Of a stretch of 44,832 nucleotides of DNA, positions 1-8,268 are shown one piece after another. The DNA is taken from the NCBI GenBank assembly GCA_016928955.1, contig JAFGJV010000005.1, positions 1-44,832 of the forward strand, given 5' to 3'. The DNA is from Spirochaetales bacterium. GTDB taxonomy: Bacteria; Spirochaetota; Spirochaetia; Treponematales; UBA12059. The position numbers and the translations under genes were made by a program. How positions within the stretch are numbered: the stretch's first letter is position 1; each line of letters begins with the position of its first letter. The notes under the pieces are model-generated. The model had not been told where the DNA came from. It did not search any database and saw only the letters and a program-made list of their open reading frames with translations.

Positions 1-116
1 GGGGGGGTGAGGAGGGCGTATACGCCGCAGTTCGCCCTTGCCTGAGGTCGGACGGAGCCCTAGCTCCCAGAGCGACCAATAAGGTTCACGGCAGTAAGCA
101 GGTCTTGAGAGTCCCC
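1..116 (-). ncRNA. ssrS: Probable 6S RNA, 5' portion (3' end runs off the window)
   Basis: Minus strand reads GGGGACTCTCAAGAC...GTGAACC-(unpaired)-GGGAGC...AGGGC...GCCCT-CCTCACC, the usual 6S layout (TGAACC, bubble, GGGAG paired with CUCACC). It also contains CCGTCCGA...AACTGCG, resembling the E. coli 6S core. G-U pairs in the stems favour the minus strand. Recognised by eye only. Confidence 0.6.
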
Positions 117-192
117 CGCGCGCTCAGGCGGACGAGCGCCGACACACAACGCCGACCGGCCCGAAACGAGCATCCTGGCGGTCAGGTTTTCC

Positions 193-222
193 TTGACAAG
201 TCCGAAAATCGGCCCGTATCAT
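193..222 (+). promoter_or_regulatory. sigma70-type promoter for the EF-G-like gene
   Basis: TTGACA (193-198), 18-nt spacer, TATCAT (217-222); SD AAGGAG at 311-316 before ATG 324. Confidence 0.7.
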
Positions 223-323
223 CTTAGAACTAAACTACGCTACAGCAAGGTCTGTGTCGTAAGGGGCTGGCCCTGCCCGCGCGGCAGCGCGACGGCCTCG
301 AATATCCCGTAAGGAGCACGTTC

Positions 324-2408
324 ATGGCCTACACGACCGAACTCATCAGGAACGTGGCGCTTGCCGGCCACGGCAGTACTGGCAAAACAACTTTGATCGA
401 ACACATCCTGTTCACCGCCGGAGCCATAGGCAAGCCCGAAACCATTGAGTCAGGCAAAACGGCCAGCGACTACTACGAAGAGGAAGTCGAGCGCAAGATA
501 TCCGTTCATACGTCCCTGACCCACGCGCTCTGGGCCGACAAAAAAATCAACCTTTTGGACACCCCCGGTTCGTCCGACTTTGTGGGAGACGTGGTCCTTG
601 CCCTCCGCGCGTGCGAATCCGCGCTGATTCTGGTGGATGCCCGTTCCGGCGTGCAGATAGAAACCATCAAGGTGTGGCGCAACCTGGACAGCAGGCAGAA
701 GCCGCGCATGGTGTTCATCAACCGCATGGACGAGGAGCGGGCCGACTTCAAGAACGCCTTTGCAGACGTCAAGGACAAGTTCAAGTGCAACCTGGTGGCG
801 GTCACCATACCCATGGGCGACGGCGCGTCGTTCAAGGGCGTCATCGACGTGATCAACCAGAAAGCCTATCCCCTGCCGGCCAGCCACGAGCAGAAAGAAA
901 GCGCCGCCCCCGTGCCCGCAGAGTACGCGGACGCCGTCAAGGAGGCCCGCGCCGCGCTGTCTGAGGCCGCCGCCGAGGGCGATGACGACCTGATGGAAAA
1001 ATACCTGTCCGAGGGAGAGCTGTCCCAGGACGAGATCGTGAAGGGCCTGTCTGAGGCCCTGGCCGGCAACCGGATCGTGCCGGTATTCGCCGGCGCCGGA
1101 CTTAAGAACTCGGGGACGGCGGCCGTGCTTGACTTCTTCGCGGCCATGGCTCCCGACCCCCTCACGCTCACACCCGAGCCCGTGCAGGGCGACAAGACCG
1201 TCCGCGTCGACCCATCGTCGCCCCTGGCCGCCCTGGTCATCAAGACGCAGATCGACCAGTTCTCCGGCAAGCTGTCCTACGTCAAGGTCATCGGCGGCAA
1301 GCTCAGCACGGAGTCCGACTTTGCCAACATGACCGACGGCAAGAAGGAACGGCCGGCCAAACTGTACACGGCGCAGGGCAAGAAGCTGGAAGAGGTCAAG
1401 GAACTGTGCGCCGGAGACATAGGCATACTGGCCAAGAGCCCGTCGCTCAAGACCAACGACACCCTCTGCGCCCCCGAGCGCCAGGACGTGTTCGTGCCGC
1501 TCCGACTGCCCCAGCCGGTGCACGCCGTTGCCATAACCGCGGCCTCAAAAAAAGAGGAAGACAAGCTGTCCGAGCTCCTGCACAAGGCCGCCGAGGAAGA
1601 CCTGACCTTCAGCGTGCGGTTCAACTCGGAAACCAAGGAAACCGTGATAGCCGGCATGGGCGAGCTCCACATCAACATGGTGCTGGACAAGATCCGCCAC
1701 GCCGCCAAGATAGCCGTGGAAACCCGTGTTCCCCGCGTCGCCTACCGCGAAACCATCACCAAGAAAGCCGGCGGGGAATACACCCACAAGAAGCAGTCCG
1801 GCGGCCACGGCCAGTACGGACGCGTGGTGCTGGAGGTTGAGCCCCTGGCCCGCGGAGAGAACTACGCCTTTGAGAACAAGGTATTCGGCGGCGCCGTGTC
1901 CAAGGGTTTTGTGCCCGGCATAGAGAAGGGCATCCACCAGGCCATGGAAGCTGGCATCGTGGCCGGGTATCCCATGGTGGACATCAAGTCAAGCCTGATG
2001 GACGGCAAGGAACACCCGGTGGACTCGTCCGAGATGGCCTTCAAGATCGCCGCGCGCGGGGCTTTCCGAGAGTCGTGCAAGAACGCCGGTCCCACCCTGC
2101 TCGAGCCCGTCAACTCGCTGACCGTGTTCGTGGAGGACAAGTACCTAGGCGACGTCATGTCGGACCTGTCCGGACGGCGCGGCCGCATATCGGGCCAGCA
2201 GCCCATAGGCGGCGGCATCGTGGAAATCAAGGCTGAGGTCCCGCACGCCGAGCTCCTCCGCTACTCCATAGACCTGCGCGCCATGACCAGCGGCACGGGC
2301 AGCTTTGAGGTGGAGTTCGACCACTACTCGCCCATATCCGGCAAGATTGCAGACGACGTGGTCAAGGCCGCCGCGGCCTTCCGCACCCAGGAAGAGGAAG
2401 AGGACTGA
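324..2408 (+). CDS. fusA: Elongation factor G-like protein (EF-G II / FusA paralogue)
   Basis: 694 aa with full EF-G architecture: GHGSTGKTT, DTPG, NRMD, GMGELH, KKQSGGHGQY, HPVDSSEMAF, LRAMTSG. G1/G2 deviate from canonical EF-G (RKISV instead of RGITI). Confidence 0.93.
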   Translation: MAYTTELIRNVALAGHGSTGKTTLIEHILFTAGAIGKPETIESGKTASDYYEEEVERKISVHTSLTHALWADKKINLLDTPGSSDFVGDVVLALRACESALILVDARSGVQIETIKVWRNLDSRQKPRMVFINRMDEERADFKNAFADVKDKFKCNLVAVTIPMGDGASFKGVIDVINQKAYPLPASHEQKESAAPVPAEYADAVKEARAALSEAAAEGDDDLMEKYLSEGELSQDEIVKGLSEALAGNRIVPVFAGAGLKNSGTAAVLDFFAAMAPDPLTLTPEPVQGDKTVRVDPSSPLAALVIKTQIDQFSGKLSYVKVIGGKLSTESDFANMTDGKKERPAKLYTAQGKKLEEVKELCAGDIGILAKSPSLKTNDTLCAPERQDVFVPLRLPQPVHAVAITAASKKEEDKLSELLHKAAEEDLTFSVRFNSETKETVIAGMGELHINMVLDKIRHAAKIAVETRVPRVAYRETITKKAGGEYTHKKQSGGHGQYGRVVLEVEPLARGENYAFENKVFGGAVSKGFVPGIEKGIHQAMEAGIVAGYPMVDIKSSLMDGKEHPVDSSEMAFKIAARGAFRESCKNAGPTLLEPVNSLTVFVEDKYLGDVMSDLSGRRGRISGQQPIGGGIVEIKAEVPHAELLRYSIDLRAMTSGTGSFEVEFDHYSPISGKIADDVVKAAAAFRTQEEEED

Positions 2409-2440
2409 GCCAAAGCCTTTCCCAGAAGCGCTGAGTATCG

Positions 2441-2469
2441 ACGGGGAGCCCGACGCGGCTCCCCGTTTT
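2441..2469 (+). terminator. Rho-independent terminator between converging fusA-like and lhr genes
   Basis: ACGGGGAGCC-cgacgc-GGCTCCCCGT followed by TTT. Confidence 0.75.
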
Positions 2470-2483
2470 CATTGCCCGGCGAC

Positions 2484-5400
2484 CTACCACAGCGTCATGG
2501 TTCCCCGGTCGCGCTCAAAGCCGATGCTTGAAAGCGCCCGGGACCACGGTCCGTCAGCCGCAGGCTGGCCGTTGACGCGGGCCACCACGATTTTCCGCTG
2601 GGGATCCACTGCCCGCTCCCTGGCCATGACCAGGAACGACAAAAGGGCTTCCAGGTCGGGATCGTCGGGCCTAAGCGACACGTCCAGTTCCCTGCCGCCT
2701 TGCCGCGACACGCACGCCAGCTCCCCGCCGCGGTAGGCCAGCCAGTTTCCCGCCAGGCGGGCGGGAGGCTTCAGCCCCCGCGCCACCGCTCGCCCGCCCA
2801 GGTCCATGCCAGCAAGGCTCGCCGGATCAGCCGCGCTGACGCTCCATATCCCGGTCTCCTCCGCTCCGTCCTTCCAGAGGGCATAGGCGTCCGTATCCAT
2901 GAACTGGGGGCCTTCCAGTTCCGCAAAAAAGCGCCCGCACACCAGCTCTCCCGCCAGTTCCATGCGCCTGAAGGCCGGGAACAGCCGGCCCCAGCGGAGC
3001 CCGGGAGCATCCCGTTCCAGGACGCCCCTGGCTACCACCCCGTATCTGAGGGCCGCTATCCTGGCACGCCTGGTATCCAAACCAAAGATGTCTGCCGGGT
3101 CAAGATCAAGCTGCTCGAGCTCCAGGGAAAACCAGCGTCCAGGAACGGGCGGCCCCGCCTTCCACCGGTCGCGCAAGGCCAGGGGCACACGCGGGTGCCC
3201 GGGTCGCGCGCCGTGTCGCTCGGGGAACCTGGCCTGTCCCGCGTCCGCCCCGCTGGCGCCTGGCCAGGCCTTCCTCCGCGGCCCGAAACTGTCGGAGCTT
3301 ATGCGGCCGGACCTCAGTTCCCGGCGCATGGCATCCCTGAGCGCTGCCAGGTCCAGGCCCGAGCTGTCCCTGATGGCCCATACGTCCACGGGCGAGTGGC
3401 CGGGGGCTATCAGCGAGCTCCGTGAGCCGTCCCAGAACAACTCCCAATCGTCCGGGGAGCAGAACGCCACGTCGTCGCCCTGGCCGTACCAGAGCACGGA
3501 GCCGGAGGACACAAGGGCGTCTAGGCTGTCGGGCGAATAGGCGCTGACGCGGGACGGAAAGATGGCTGTTTCCCACAGACCGGCCCTGGCCGGGTAACCT
3601 GACAGACGGCGCAGCACCTCGGACAGATCCTCGTTGCGCCTTCCCAGGCCGTGCAGGACGGCAAGGAAAGCGGCCAGGCTGCCTTCCGGCCGGGGTTTGA
3701 CGGCAGGCCGGGCCGCCGAGCGCACCGACCGCAGGAGGCCGTCCAGAATGTCCCTGTCGCATACCGCCGGCTCCGGTGGCCAGCCATCCACGCGGAAAGC
3801 CGACGCGTCCAGCACCACGGCCCCTTCGTCGCTCAAGGCCGCGCACAGTCCGTCCAGAAGCGCGGGTTCTGCCCCCGTCAGGAATCCAAGCCGGGAGAGC
3901 GCCACAATGCCTCCGCCGCGCAGCCACTCGGGCAGCCAGGCGTATGGCCCGGCTTTGAGGAGGCTACGGCGACGCTGGTGGACGACAAGGTCCATGCCGG
4001 CGCCCGGCAAGCGCAGGCGGGCAAGGCGACCAAGCGGCCCCGGCCTGGCCCCACCCTCAAGGGCGGCCACAGCTTCCGCGGCCAGGTCTGCGGGGCAGGC
4101 GGCAAGGAGGCGCTCCCACTCGTCCAGCGGCACGGCGACGCGCTCGTCCACCCAGTCTGCCAGGGCATCCGGGCTGTCAGGAGCCCAGCCGGGATCTTCC
4201 CTGAGAAGCCTGGCCATAAACGCGGCGTACACGGGTCCGGGTATAGCCGGCCTCTGGGCTTCATGGTCCAGGGCCTGGGCAAGGGCCCGGTCAGCGTAGC
4301 TGCCGGCGTCCGCCGCGCCCGAAGGCAGTTCGTCGCCATCATAAAGATAGCGATTGGTGGCCATCCAGCCCGAGCCGCGCGCCAGGGGACTGGGCACTGT
4401 GGACACGAAGGACGACAGCTCTATAGCCCCGGCCGCCAAGTCCGCAAGCACGGCCGCAAGCGCCGGCAGGTCGTAACGTTCGTCCAGGACCAGATGCCAG
4501 CTTTCCTTGATGGCCGGAACGTCCGGAGCCCCGGACAGACGCTCGAACAGGCGCTTTGCCCTGAGGCGGGTAATCCACAGGGGCGTGCGCCTGCCAAAAC
4601 CCGCCTTGGGAAGGAGCAGGGACCTGGCGGCGCATTCCCTGAAAGCCGCGCCGAAGGCCGCGCTGGTGGCCACCCTGGCGCGCAGGCGCCTGGCCAGTTC
4701 CCGGCCGTCTCCCAGGGTCTTGAAAGCGTCTTTGACGGCGCGCGCGGCTGAGGCGGGGTCCGGCAGGGGCACCAGGAGCCATACCGAGTCGTCATTGGCC
4801 AGGACGTCCACGCCCACGCCCAGATTCTCAGCCAGGATGCCGGAAACGGCCAGCCCAAGGGGTTCGTTCACGGCCAGGCCGCGCAGGGTGTGGACGAACA
4901 CGGGCACTGCGTCGCCGGAGCGGGCCGGATCCTTGTACAGTTCCAGCACTACCCGGCCCGCCCCAGGAAGTCCCAAGCCGCCGCCGGCCCGCGCCTGGGC
5001 CGACAGGAAGGCGTCCAGCCGATCCCGCGAGGAAGCGTCCATGTCCAGGCCAGCGAGCTCCCGCCGGAAGGCCTCAGGGTCATCCTGGAACAGAGCGCAC
5101 AGCCTGAGCATGCGGCCGCTCACGCCCGCTCCGCGCGCCGCCGTTTCCGCCTTCCAGAACGGCATGAAATCTGCCGCCCGGTCCAGGGGCTGGACTTCCA
5201 CCGCCTCGTCGCCAATGGCCACGATCTTCCACGCCATGGCTCCGAGCGTGAAGCTGTTGCCAACGCGACGCTCGAACACGAATTCCTCGTCCAGCTCGCC
5301 GATGCGCTCCCCCGAGCCGGCCAGCCGGAGCGAATAGTACCCTCTGTCTGCTATGGCACCGCCAGAGCCGTACAGAAGCATGGCGGCCCCGTCTTTGGCG

Positions 5401-6902
5401 CGCAGGGTACCGCGTTCGTCGTCCAGCCACACGCGCGCGGTAAGGTCCCGGGACCTCGACCCGTTCAGGCGGCCGGCCAGGGTGGCAAGCACGGCGTCGA
5501 AATCCTCCCTGCCCAGGTCGCGGTACGGCGAATAGGCGCGCACCCGGTCAAAGACATCCTGCACAGCCAGCTCGTCCCACAGGACGGCAGACAGAATGAC
5601 CTGGGCCAGAACGTCCAGGGGCTGGGACAGGGGGCGTACAGGATCAAGCTCCCGGTCCCGTACGGCTCCGGCCAGGGCTGCCGCCTGAAGAACATCCGGC
5701 GCGTGGAAGGGATAGAGCAGTCCCCTGCTCTCCGCTCCTACCCGGTGGCCCGACCTGCCTATGCGCTGTATGGCCTGGTCGGCCCTGGACGGGGTCCCCG
5801 CCAGGGCAACCAGGTCGATGGAGCCAACGTCTATGCCCAGTTCTAGGGAGCTGGTGGCCACAACGCAGGGCAGGCGGCCTTCCTTGAGTTTGCGCTCCAC
5901 GGCGCGCCGCACGTCCTTGGACAGGGATCCGTGGTGGGCCCAGGCCGTGCCGTCGCCGGCCTCCTCGTTGAGCATGGCCGCCAGGCGCTCGGCGCGCCGC
6001 CGCGAATCCGCGAACATGATGACTCCGCGCTCGTTCGGAAGCCTTTTGGCCAAATCCCTGACCACGGCGGCATAGCGAGACGCCGGGGCGTCGGTTTCCT
6101 GGGCGTCAGGAGACAGGCCGGGAACCGGCGGCCTAACGGGCGCCTGGGGCCAGAGTACGGACAGGGACAGGCGCCTTTCGTCGTCCCCCTGAACGATATC
6201 CACCGCGCGCTGTTTGTATACCGCGGCACCGTCCGGAGCGCGGCTCAGCTCAGCTCCGCCAACAAAACCGGCCGCCGCCTCTGGGTCGCGGAGGGTCGCC
6301 GACAAGGCCACGCGCTGGTACTCTCCGGCCAGTTCGGCCAGCATGCCCAGTGAGCAGGCCAGAAGGGTGCCGCGCCTGCCGCCCAGCACCGCGTGCAGTT
6401 CGTCCACCACGGCCAGCTTGACCGATGCCAGAAGGCCGCGGCCGCTTTTGGACGCCAGCATGATGGCCAGGCTTTCCGGCGTGGTGCAGAGCACGGATGG
6501 CGGGTGTTTGAGTATGCCACGGCGCTCTGCCGCGGCAGTGTCGCCAGAACGCGTGGCCACCCGTACCTTGGGAAAAGCCTGCCCTCGATCAACAAAAAAG
6601 CGTTCCAGGCCACGGACAGGGTCCAGGAGATTCAGGCGTATGTCCTCGTTCAAAGCTTTAAGCGGCGACACGTACAGCACGGACAGCGCGTTCGCGTCCA
6701 GGTCCCCGGACGCGAACCCGGACAGGGCGTGAAGAAAGGCTGCCAGGGTCTTGCCCGAGCCCGTAGGAGCCAGGGCCAGCACGTGGCGGCCCCCAGCTAT
6801 ACGTTCCCAGGCGCTGGATTGGACGGCGGTCGGCCTTCCTTTGGCCGTACTGAACCAGGCGGCGACCAGGGGGTGGAACGACGATGGGATGCCGGCGCAC
6901 AT
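2484..6902 (-). CDS. lhr: Lhr family ATP-dependent DEAD/H-box helicase, long form
   Basis: APTGSGKT, YVSPLKAL, TTPESL, DELH, SAT, HHGSLS, ATSSLELGIDVG, QRIGRSGH, GELDEEFVFE, and the C-terminal LRYGVV...ELAGE..GRF region. Start set to ATG 6902 because of the adjacent -10 element. Confidence 0.93.
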   Translation of the reverse strand: MCAGIPSSFHPLVAAWFSTAKGRPTAVQSSAWERIAGGRHVLALAPTGSGKTLAAFLHALSGFASGDLDANALSVLYVSPLKALNEDIRLNLLDPVRGLERFFVDRGQAFPKVRVATRSGDTAAAERRGILKHPPSVLCTTPESLAIMLASKSGRGLLASVKLAVVDELHAVLGGRRGTLLACSLGMLAELAGEYQRVALSATLRDPEAAAGFVGGAELSRAPDGAAVYKQRAVDIVQGDDERRLSLSVLWPQAPVRPPVPGLSPDAQETDAPASRYAAVVRDLAKRLPNERGVIMFADSRRRAERLAAMLNEEAGDGTAWAHHGSLSKDVRRAVERKLKEGRLPCVVATSSLELGIDVGSIDLVALAGTPSRADQAIQRIGRSGHRVGAESRGLLYPFHAPDVLQAAALAGAVRDRELDPVRPLSQPLDVLAQVILSAVLWDELAVQDVFDRVRAYSPYRDLGREDFDAVLATLAGRLNGSRSRDLTARVWLDDERGTLRAKDGAAMLLYGSGGAIADRGYYSLRLAGSGERIGELDEEFVFERRVGNSFTLGAMAWKIVAIGDEAVEVQPLDRAADFMPFWKAETAARGAGVSGRMLRLCALFQDDPEAFRRELAGLDMDASSRDRLDAFLSAQARAGGGLGLPGAGRVVLELYKDPARSGDAVPVFVHTLRGLAVNEPLGLAVSGILAENLGVGVDVLANDDSVWLLVPLPDPASAARAVKDAFKTLGDGRELARRLRARVATSAAFGAAFRECAARSLLLPKAGFGRRTPLWITRLRAKRLFERLSGAPDVPAIKESWHLVLDERYDLPALAAVLADLAAGAIELSSFVSTVPSPLARGSGWMATNRYLYDGDELPSGAADAGSYADRALAQALDHEAQRPAIPGPVYAAFMARLLREDPGWAPDSPDALADWVDERVAVPLDEWERLLAACPADLAAEAVAALEGGARPGPLGRLARLRLPGAGMDLVVHQRRRSLLKAGPYAWLPEWLRGGGIVALSRLGFLTGAEPALLDGLCAALSDEGAVVLDASAFRVDGWPPEPAVCDRDILDGLLRSVRSAARPAVKPRPEGSLAAFLAVLHGLGRRNEDLSEVLRRLSGYPARAGLWETAIFPSRVSAYSPDSLDALVSSGSVLWYGQGDDVAFCSPDDWELFWDGSRSSLIAPGHSPVDVWAIRDSSGLDLAALRDAMRRELRSGRISSDSFGPRRKAWPGASGADAGQARFPERHGARPGHPRVPLALRDRWKAGPPVPGRWFSLELEQLDLDPADIFGLDTRRARIAALRYGVVARGVLERDAPGLRWGRLFPAFRRMELAGELVCGRFFAELEGPQFMDTDAYALWKDGAEETGIWSVSAADPASLAGMDLGGRAVARGLKPPARLAGNWLAYRGGELACVSRQGGRELDVSLRPDDPDLEALLSFLVMARERAVDPQRKIVVARVNGQPAADGPWSRALSSIGFERDRGTMTLW

Positions 6903-6908
6903 ACGGTC

Positions 6909-6938
6909 ATGGTAGGGCCGCAAAGCCTGAAAGCGCAA
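6909..6938 (-). promoter_or_regulatory. Putative leaderless promoter of lhr
   Basis: Minus strand: TTGCGC-N18-TACCAT-N6-ATG; no SD. Confidence 0.5.
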
Positions 6939-6961
6939 GCGGCATCAGGTTGCTTTCCGGC

Positions 6962-7675
6962 TCAGACGCCGCGCACCCTGGTTTTGGGAGCCACGCGCCT
7001 GATGATGTCCGCCAGGTCCTTGAGCCGGGCCTCCGTCACAGGCCCAACCCGCTCCGCCCACGCCGGATCCAGTACGCGGGCCGAGCGGTATGCCTGGAGT
7101 ATCACCTGGTCGTCAGGGCGGAAATAGGGGGCAACAGCCTCAGCGTCATCCGGGCCAAAAATGCCTGGGGCGCAGGTTATCCGGAACTCGTAGGGTACGC
7201 CCATGGAGCGGATCACGTCCATGCTCCTGGCCACCCGTTCCGCGGCGTCCGCCGGTGCTCCCGGCCACAGCTCGCCGTAGCGCACCAGGGCCGTCTTCAC
7301 GTCCATGGCCACGTAATCCAGAGACAGTACTTCCAGGCGTTCGGGCTGGGAGCCGTTGGTGTCCAGCTTGACTGCGTAGCCCAGGCGGCGCGCGTCCGCC
7401 ACCAGCTCGGGCAGACAGGAAGTCATGGTGGGCTCGCCCCCGGATATAACCAGGCCCGTAAGGAGGCCCCGCCGTTGTTCCAGATGGGCCCTGAGCTCGG
7501 CCCAGGTCTGGCCCGCCGCGCCGGCTCTGTTGAGCGCCAGGTCGGGATTATGGCAGTACAGACAGCGGAAATTGCAGCCGGCCAGAAAGGCCACCGCCGA
7601 CACCCGGCCGGGATAATCGACGAGGCTCAAAGGCTGTATCCCGACGCGGACCGAGTCCAGGTCGGGCGCTTTCAC
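6962..7675 (-). CDS. nrdG: Anaerobic ribonucleoside-triphosphate reductase activating enzyme (radical SAM)
   Basis: SLVDYPG, GCNFRCLYCHNP (CxxxCxxC), ISGGEPT, KLDTNGS, AMDVK. The GTG start overlaps the upstream TGA (GTGA). Confidence 0.93.
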   Translation of the reverse strand: MKAPDLDSVRVGIQPLSLVDYPGRVSAVAFLAGCNFRCLYCHNPDLALNRAGAAGQTWAELRAHLEQRRGLLTGLVISGGEPTMTSCLPELVADARRLGYAVKLDTNGSQPERLEVLSLDYVAMDVKTALVRYGELWPGAPADAAERVARSMDVIRSMGVPYEFRITCAPGIFGPDDAEAVAPYFRPDDQVILQAYRSARVLDPAWAERVGPVTEARLKDLADIIRRVAPKTRVRGV

Positions 7676-8187
7676 ACCGCGGCGCTTTCCCGGACGGGCG
7701 CAAGGATGGCCTTGAGCTGGCCCGTGGTGTACGCGCGGGCGCATTCCTCCCCGTCGGCGTCCATCAGCACGGCCGTCGGCGTGGCCATGATGTCATAGGC
7801 GCGGGCAAGCTCGATGCCCTCGTCCGCGTCCACGTCCACAACATGGCCTTCAAGGGCCGTGGTCGCCAGATAGTCGCGCACGGGCGGGCAATTGTGGCAG
7901 GAACGGCGGGTAAAGAGCAGCCAGGACTGGGCGGGCTTGCCCGTATCCACCCGCCTGGTTCTCCCGGGTTCGGACGGCGCCGGCGCCTCGAAACCCCTGG
8001 TCTCGGCGCCCGGGAAGGAAAATTCCATTCGCTTGCCGAATTCCTCGCGTTTGCCGGCGTTCCAGTTCCTCACCGAGCGGTAGTAGCCCACAATGCGGGT
8101 ATATACCTCCGTGGGCGTTCCCTCGACCGACAACAGCTGCGTTTTCAGCTCGGCCAAACGAGCTTCTTTTACTTTCCGTGCGTCCAT
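7672..8187 (-). CDS. Stand-alone NrdD glycyl-radical domain fused to a CxxC thioredoxin/glutaredoxin domain
   Basis: N-half EVYTRIVGYYRSVRNWNAGKREEF is the class III RNR glycyl-radical loop. A Pro/Ala-rich linker follows, then LFTRRSCHNCPPV...VDVD...IMATPT (Trx fold, CxxC, cis-Pro motif). Own SD GGGAGGGG. Confidence 0.9.
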   Translation of the reverse strand: MDARKVKEARLAELKTQLLSVEGTPTEVYTRIVGYYRSVRNWNAGKREEFGKRMEFSFPGAETRGFEAPAPSEPGRTRRVDTGKPAQSWLLFTRRSCHNCPPVRDYLATTALEGHVVDVDADEGIELARAYDIMATPTAVLMDADGEECARAYTTGQLKAILAPVRESAAV

Positions 8188-8268
8188 CGTTCCCCTCCCA
8201 GTGCTTGTTCTTCTATCCGTGCTAACGGCGTTCCCGCCGCGGGCAAGCGCGATCGCAGGTTCCCGGCA

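Noticed and set aside
8188..8268. Intron or intein explaining the nrdD split
   Set aside because: The gap is only 81 nt, with no group I/II intron features or homing endonuclease, and no intein terminal motifs.
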